This document shows positions 27,027-32,000 of a DNA stretch of 32,000 nt, piece by piece. The position numbers and the translations under genes are program-made. The notes under the pieces are model-generated. The model was not told the origin of the DNA, did no database searches, and worked only from the letters and a program-made list of their open reading frames with translations. The DNA comes from Candidatus Nanoclepta minutus. Its GTDB lineage: Archaea > Nanobdellota > Nanobdellia > Nanobdellales > Nanobdellaceae. Location: contig MWMI01000001.1 of the NCBI GenBank assembly GCA_003568775.1, forward strand, positions 60,001 through 92,000, in the 5' to 3' direction. Position 1 is the stretch's first letter. Every line of letters starts with the position of its first letter.

Positions 27027-28247
27027 ATGAAAATATTATTCTTAAGTTGGGGTGTTCTACCCCAGAAGACTGGTGGTTTGGAGAAAGCAACTTATTACTA
27101 TTTAAAATATCTAGATTCTTTTGGACATAATGTCTATTTGGTAATCCCTAATTTAACTGAGGATGTAAAGAAATACTGGGAAGGTAAGCTAAGGAATTCT
27201 AAAATAATCGGATTGGATGTTATTTATGATAAAGTAAAGGCCTACTTTTCATTATATTTAATTTTAAAAGAAAGTAAGAGCATATTACAAAAGTTGAGAT
27301 CGCTAATAGATTATAAAAAAGCAGTTTTTCAATATAAAGAAAAATTATTGAAAATTTTGGAGGGAGAAAAGATAGATTTTGATGTAATTTATGCATACGA
27401 TTGGTTAACCTTGCCTGCTGCAATTGCTGTAAAGGAGAAGTATAATAAACCATTGGTCTGGCATGTTCATTCAACTACATACGATAGAGTAGGGGGTAAT
27501 ACGGAGAGTTTGAGGTATCTCATAGATCACGACTATGGAATTGAAATAGAAGGATGTAAAAAGGCAGATCATATAATAACCGTTAGCTATAGGTTGAAGG
27601 ATATTTTAGTTAAATATTATGGAGCCGATCAAAACAAAATAAGTGTAGTCTACAATGCTCCAGACGATTATTTTGAAATAAAAGAAAAGAGATGGTATGA
27701 TATAAAGAGGAAGTATAAGATAGTGTTATATTTAGGTAGAATTACTTTACATAAAGGACCAGATTGGTTATTGAGGGCAGCCAAGAGAGTTTTAGAAAAA
27801 AGAAGAGATATTCTGTTCATATTTGCTGGAACTGGGGAGATGCTGGATCAGTTAATAAGACAGGCAGCTGATATGAGGATATCGAGGAACGTTATATTTA
27901 CTGGTTGGGTAAGCGATGAAATGGCAGAATTCCTATACGATATAGCAGATGTCTTTGTATTACCATCGGTTTCAGAACCTTTTGGCTTAACACCTTTTGA
28001 AGCATTGCAGAGGAAGACTGCCGTTATTATTACAAAACAAACTGGTATATCCGAAGTTTTAAAGAGTGCTGCGATAGTAGATTTTTGGGATACTTATAAG
28101 ATGGCCGATTATATCCTTGCGTTTTTGGAATATCCGAAGCTAAGGGAATATGAGATATCTAAATGTTTGGAGGATATGAAAAAGCTTAACTGGGAAAGTT
28201 CTGCAAGAAAGGTAGAGAATATAATTAAAAACGTTACCTATTTATAA
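27027..28247 (+). CDS. GT-B retaining glycosyltransferase (GT4/GT5), glycogen-synthase-like
   Basis: The N-terminus is MKILFLSW...KTGGLEKA...GH.V.LV.P. It also has YDWLT.PAA, GRIT.HKGPD and EPFGLTPFEALQ (E-x7-E). Confidence 0.8.
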   Translation: MKILFLSWGVLPQKTGGLEKATYYYLKYLDSFGHNVYLVIPNLTEDVKKYWEGKLRNSKIIGLDVIYDKVKAYFSLYLILKESKSILQKLRSLIDYKKAVFQYKEKLLKILEGEKIDFDVIYAYDWLTLPAAIAVKEKYNKPLVWHVHSTTYDRVGGNTESLRYLIDHDYGIEIEGCKKADHIITVSYRLKDILVKYYGADQNKISVVYNAPDDYFEIKEKRWYDIKRKYKIVLYLGRITLHKGPDWLLRAAKRVLEKRRDILFIFAGTGEMLDQLIRQAADMRISRNVIFTGWVSDEMAEFLYDIADVFVLPSVSEPFGLTPFEALQRKTAVIITKQTGISEVLKSAAIVDFWDTYKMADYILAFLEYPKLREYEISKCLEDMKKLNWESSARKVENIIKNVTYL

Positions 28248-29427
28248 CTTTTTCTTCACTCAATTTCATTTCAATATCCCTTAATATGTTCATAAATGAA
28301 AGAAAAGCATCATAAGGTGTTGCAAACGCCTCCTCTCTGAAGTATTTATGAATATCTCCATCTGAGCTATATTTTAAACTCATATAATAAAGGTTATCTG
28401 AGGTAGATAAATACCTTAATATCTTTAGAATTTCATCATTTTTGCTTTCTTTAGCTATCCTAAATAGATCTTTTAGATATTCAAATGCTTCACTTTGTAT
28501 GTTATCTCCAACCCATGCAGATAGGTCTCTTTCTAGGTCTGCCCAAGAAATAATATCCGATATATCGAGTTCATCTGCTGGATAGAACTTGTATGCAGCT
28601 TCTGATACTGTATAGGTTTCAAACTCATCGCTCTTTCCTATCAACTTAAATAGATGTTTGAAGAACTCAAATATTCCGCTTTCTGGCCATAAGTGTTCTC
28701 CTATTGTTTCGAAATCCATAAATATGTTTATTAGATCTCCTGGGGTCCTTAATAACCAATTGAAGTATTTTTCTGCAGTTAATGGATGATGCTCCCAGTA
28801 TGGATTACCGAACCTAAAGGCTATATCATCAGATAACCTATAGTTCCTCGGTAACAACCTTAGGTTAATTCCCTTTGCTTTATAAACATAGTTGGGACTC
28901 CTCCATTTCAAAACTTTTTCAGTTCCCTCTATCAGTGCTGTATGGAATCCAAGAGAATATGCTATCTCTCCAATTTCGTTGTTATATGCAAGTTCGAAAT
29001 TTCTAAATGCCTTTGGAGTATAGTTAAAGGTTTTCTTTATTTTTTCTATATGTATCTTTATTTGTTCTTTAAATTCCTCTTTATCAATTAAGTAAGCAAC
29101 AGAATGATAATAGGGCTCTCCTAATATTTCAACGTTCCCCGTATCTATTAGCTCTCTCCATAGATCTATTATCTCTGGGTGCCAGATCTCCAATTGTTCT
29201 ATAAGTGTTCCAGTTATTGAGAAGGAAAACTTTAGATCATAGTCGTAAACGGCATTTAATATCATCTGAAGGGCAGGTCTATAACATTTGTTCACAACTC
29301 TGTCTAAAATTTTCTTATTTACTTCATCGTTGAAATAGTTAGTTGAACTGTTTCCGATATCGAAAAAAGAAAAGTATCTAATCCTCCTGGGTTGGTGGGC
29401 ATGAAAGTAAAAAACTATTCCTGTCAT
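28234..29427 (-). CDS. GH57-family alpha-glucan enzyme (alpha-amylase-like)
   Basis: The N-terminal FYFHAHQPRR is GH57 region I. MDFETIGEHLW is a candidate nucleophile region. Length is 397 aa, and the 3' end overlaps the convergent GT gene by 14 nt. Confidence 0.8.
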   Translation of the reverse strand: MTGIVFYFHAHQPRRIRYFSFFDIGNSSTNYFNDEVNKKILDRVVNKCYRPALQMILNAVYDYDLKFSFSITGTLIEQLEIWHPEIIDLWRELIDTGNVEILGEPYYHSVAYLIDKEEFKEQIKIHIEKIKKTFNYTPKAFRNFELAYNNEIGEIAYSLGFHTALIEGTEKVLKWRSPNYVYKAKGINLRLLPRNYRLSDDIAFRFGNPYWEHHPLTAEKYFNWLLRTPGDLINIFMDFETIGEHLWPESGIFEFFKHLFKLIGKSDEFETYTVSEAAYKFYPADELDISDIISWADLERDLSAWVGDNIQSEAFEYLKDLFRIAKESKNDEILKILRYLSTSDNLYYMSLKYSSDGDIHKYFREEAFATPYDAFLSFMNILRDIEMKLSEEKVINR

Positions 29428-29465
29428 AAAAATTTTAATAAAGAAAAGAATTATAAAGTTAGATT

Positions 29466-29747
29466 ATGAAATATTCTGTTGAGAGGGAAGAAGAAGCTTT
29501 TATCACTGTCGATGGACGAAAATTATATACTTTACAGGATTTTTTGATTTGGTTAAATACCTGTTCGGAGGAGAAATTTAGGTATCATGTTAACGAAAGG
29601 GAAAATCATTTTGTAAACTGGATAAGGTATTCTTTAAAGCTTGAGGAACTTGCAAGAGAAATAGAAAATGTTAGAGATAAGAATAGGATGGTAGATATAG
29701 TAAGCAGGTATATAGAGGGTGAAAAAGAAATATTAGAAATAATATGA
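29466..29747 (+). CDS. small hypothetical protein (93 aa) coupled to the ParA/MinD-like gene
   Basis: The ORF is intact and its stop overlaps the next start (ATGA at 29744). The pattern F.T.DGRKLYTLQDFL.WL...SEE.FRYH....ENHF.NWI reminds me of a small domain of unknown function seen next to GH57/GT genes. That resemblance is unverified. Confidence 0.5.
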   Translation: MKYSVEREEEAFITVDGRKLYTLQDFLIWLNTCSEEKFRYHVNERENHFVNWIRYSLKLEELAREIENVRDKNRMVDIVSRYIEGEKEILEII

Positions 29748-30418
29748 TAGTAGGGTTCTTTTCTATGAAGGGAGGTGTTGGAAAATCTACATTAGCTATA
29801 AACTTGAGTGCTTATCTAAGGAAATTTTATGGTAAAAAAGTTATTTTAATAGACTTTAACTTTTATAACTATTCTAGTAAAGTATTTTCTGGAGAAAACT
29901 TATTGGAATATGGGGATAACCTTTGTGAAGGTATTTATCCTTTGAAATATTTCCATATAAAATTCGTTAAAAGGTTTCCATCAAATTTGGAAAGAGATTT
30001 GGGGATATTAAAGGCTTATTATGATTATATTGTTATGGATGTTCCAAACGATTTGAATTTAATGCTTTCTCTTGAGAAATATGTAGATTTAATATTTTTA
30101 GTTCTAACCCCTGAAATCTTTTCGATATTCTCAAACTTATACCTTTATAGGATACTGGAAAAGAATAAAGTTAGGATTTTGGTAAACAGAGTACAAAATA
30201 TAGACGATATAAAGATGATAGAGAGAGAGTTTGGAAGGGTTTCCGCTATAATACATTATAATAAGGACTTCCTGAGATCTTCCTATCTGAAGGTTCCCTT
30301 ACCTTTTATGAAGAAGAAGGGAAAAGCTTTGGATGAGATAGACGAATTAGCTAGTATTATTACTGGTGAGAGGAAGAGAAAGAGTATATTGGAAAAGATA
30401 GTATCATTCTTCTTATGA
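29744..30418 (+). CDS. ParA/MinD-family (SIMIBI) P-loop ATPase
   Basis: The deviant Walker A is SMKGGVGKSTLAINL, with the signature Lys. VILIDFN is the A' region and YDYIVMDVPN is Walker B. Length is 224 aa. Confidence 0.8.
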   Translation: MIVGFFSMKGGVGKSTLAINLSAYLRKFYGKKVILIDFNFYNYSSKVFSGENLLEYGDNLCEGIYPLKYFHIKFVKRFPSNLERDLGILKAYYDYIVMDVPNDLNLMLSLEKYVDLIFLVLTPEIFSIFSNLYLYRILEKNKVRILVNRVQNIDDIKMIEREFGRVSAIIHYNKDFLRSSYLKVPLPFMKKKGKALDEIDELASIITGERKRKSILEKIVSFFL

Positions 30419-32000
30419 AACTATTCGAGGAATCTTGGGAAGTATGCAATAAAGTAGGTGGTATATATACTGTTTTATCAACTAAAGCCAAATATTTAGT
30501 TGAAAAGTATGGTAAAGATTACTTTTTGATAGGTCCTTTCGTTAAGAATAATATAGAATATGTTGAAGAACCCCTTCCAAGTTTTCTGGAAAAGGTTTAT
30601 ACGGACCTATCCAATATGGGGATTAAGGTACATTATGGATATTGGAACATAGATGGAAAGCCTCAAGTTATTCTCGTAGATTTCTATGATTTCTTCAAGA
30701 AAGAGATAAACTATTGGAAGTATAAATATTGGGAGTGGTATAGGATAGATTCTTTAGGTTCGGATTATACTTATGATGAACCTTTTTCCTGGTCTGTTGC
30801 GGTTGGGATCCTTTTAGAAGAATTAGATAAGGTTTTTCCAGAAAAAAAGGTATTACATGCTCATGAGTGGTTAAGCGGTGGGACAATCCTTTATTTAAAG
30901 GCAAAAGGTTTGGGTTATAGGACCATATTCACCATCCACGGTACAGTATTGGGTAGGAGCCTATCATCTAGGAACATAGACGTTATAGAAACCTTGAACA
31001 GGATAAATCCGGATCAAGAAGCTTATTCCATGAGAGTACACTATAAGCATCAAATGGAAAAAAATGCAGTTAAACATTCAGATATATTTACTACAGTTTC
31101 TCCAATATTAGCTAAGGAATCCGAAGTCTTTTTGGGAAAAAGTCCAGATAGAATAATCTATAACGCAATATTATCTAAGGATAGGGATATATACAAGGAT
31201 TATCTATTTGCTAGAAGATGGTTAGAGGAGTTTGTGGTATGGTATTTCTTTCCATACTATTATATAGACCTTAAGAATACCTTCTTCATGTATACTATTG
31301 GAAGATACGAGTATTACAATAAAGGTCTGGATTTGGTGATAAAGATTGCTAAAAGACTAAACGAAGAGAACATTGGAAAGAACATTATATTCTTTATATT
31401 CGTTCCTACGGGAGTTACTGGAATATATAGGAACGTTATAAGGTTATACAGTAGCTATAGATTATTAAAGGAGATTTTAGAGAAGGAAAAAACGGAGATA
31501 GTTGGATCAATTCTAAGGGAGGATTATAGCAAGATAAGGAAGATATTTGAGGAGGTCTTACCAAAGATATCTAAAGGAAACAAGCCAGACATAATTACCC
31601 ATGAGTTATTTGATAAGAACGATTTAATTTATAATGAACTACAGAAGGCGGGCTTAGATAATGAAGAATCGGATAGAGTAAAAATAATATATGCCCCCGT
31701 ATATATAGGACAAGATATAATATTCGATCTACCTAAGGAAAAGATCCTACCAGGTTTCGACTTAGGGATATTCCTATCAAGATACGAGCCTTTTGGGTAT
31801 ACGGCACTTGAGAGTTTATACTATGGTGTCCCGATAGTACTTTCGAATAGAACGGGATTCGCTCTATCTCTGGATTATTATAATTTAAAGAGCGATTATA
31901 TTTGTTTAGTTGATGTAAAAAACATCGATAATGAAGAAGAAAAAATTATAGAATTTATAAGGAATTTATCATCTTTAGATCCTGCTAGAATTTTAGATAT
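30415..32000 (+). CDS. eukaryote-type (GT3) glycogen synthase, 3'-truncated by the window edge
   Basis: This ORF is absent from the track because it has no stop in the window. My hand translation from ATG 30415 stays open to 32000. MKLFEESWEVCNKVGGIYTVLSTKAKY...YFLIGPF, HAHEWLSG, FTIHGT.LGR, IGRYEYYNKGLD and SRYEPFGYTALES parallel the conserved blocks of animal and fungal glycogen synthase. Confidence 0.85.
   Translation, partial: MKLFEESWEVCNKVGGIYTVLSTKAKYLVEKYGKDYFLIGPFVKNNIEYVEEPLPSFLEKVYTDLSNMGIKVHYGYWNIDGKPQVILVDFYDFFKKEINYWKYKYWEWYRIDSLGSDYTYDEPFSWSVAVGILLEELDKVFPEKKVLHAHEWLSGGTILYLKAKGLGYRTIFTIHGTVLGRSLSSRNIDVIETLNRINPDQEAYSMRVHYKHQMEKNAVKHSDIFTTVSPILAKESEVFLGKSPDRIIYNAILSKDRDIYKDYLFARRWLEEFVVWYFFPYYYIDLKNTFFMYTIGRYEYYNKGLDLVIKIAKRLNEENIGKNIIFFIFVPTGVTGIYRNVIRLYSSYRLLKEILEKEKTEIVGSILREDYSKIRKIFEEVLPKISKGNKPDIITHELFDKNDLIYNELQKAGLDNEESDRVKIIYAPVYIGQDIIFDLPKEKILPGFDLGIFLSRYEPFGYTALESLYYGVPIVLSNRTGFALSLDYYNLKSDYICLVDVKNIDNEEEKIIEFIRNLSSLDPARILD

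Overview
This is a strongly AT-rich (by eye about 30% G+C, not computed), very gene-dense archaeal chromosomal window. Three GC-rich tRNAs in AT-rich DNA point to a (hyper)thermophile, and many neighbouring genes overlap by 4 nt (ATGA) or abut. Archaeal markers are clear: DnaG, bifunctional FBP aldolase/phosphatase, ribosomal P1, AlaRS, class I LysRS, Taw3, TrmY and archaeal adenylate kinase. I cannot name the organism from sequence alone. The layout has five parts. (1) 1-5.3 kb holds a coupled cluster of orphan proteins, each with an N-terminal hydrophobic anchor, ending in a Cys-rich 549-aa protein; it may be an uncharacterised surface filament or adhesin module. (2) 4.3-17.3 kb holds housekeeping, translation and RNA-modification genes, including a methyltransferase broken by one in-frame TAA and a tandem-domain ThyX-like gene abutting a PP-loop tRNA thiolase. 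(3) 17.4-19.4 kb is a small toxin-antitoxin islet: a RelE-like toxin with an unusually long upstream partner, and a wHTH-MNT/HEPN pair with tandem operator-like repeats. (4) 19.6-25.3 kb holds an S16 protease, a very AT-rich orphan ORF between tRNA-Arg and a tRNA-like fragment, a four-gene operon ending 1 nt before tRNA-Arg, YjbQ, AdkA, tRNA-Pro and tRNA-Thr. (5) 25.3-32 kb is a glycogen cluster: debranching enzyme, GT4/5 transferase, GH57, and a small protein plus ParA/MinD ATPase coupled to a eukaryote-type GT3 glycogen synthase that runs off the right edge and is missing from the ORF track. I saw no CRISPR array, transposase, integrase or rRNA. All family calls rest on motifs read by eye, with no database search.
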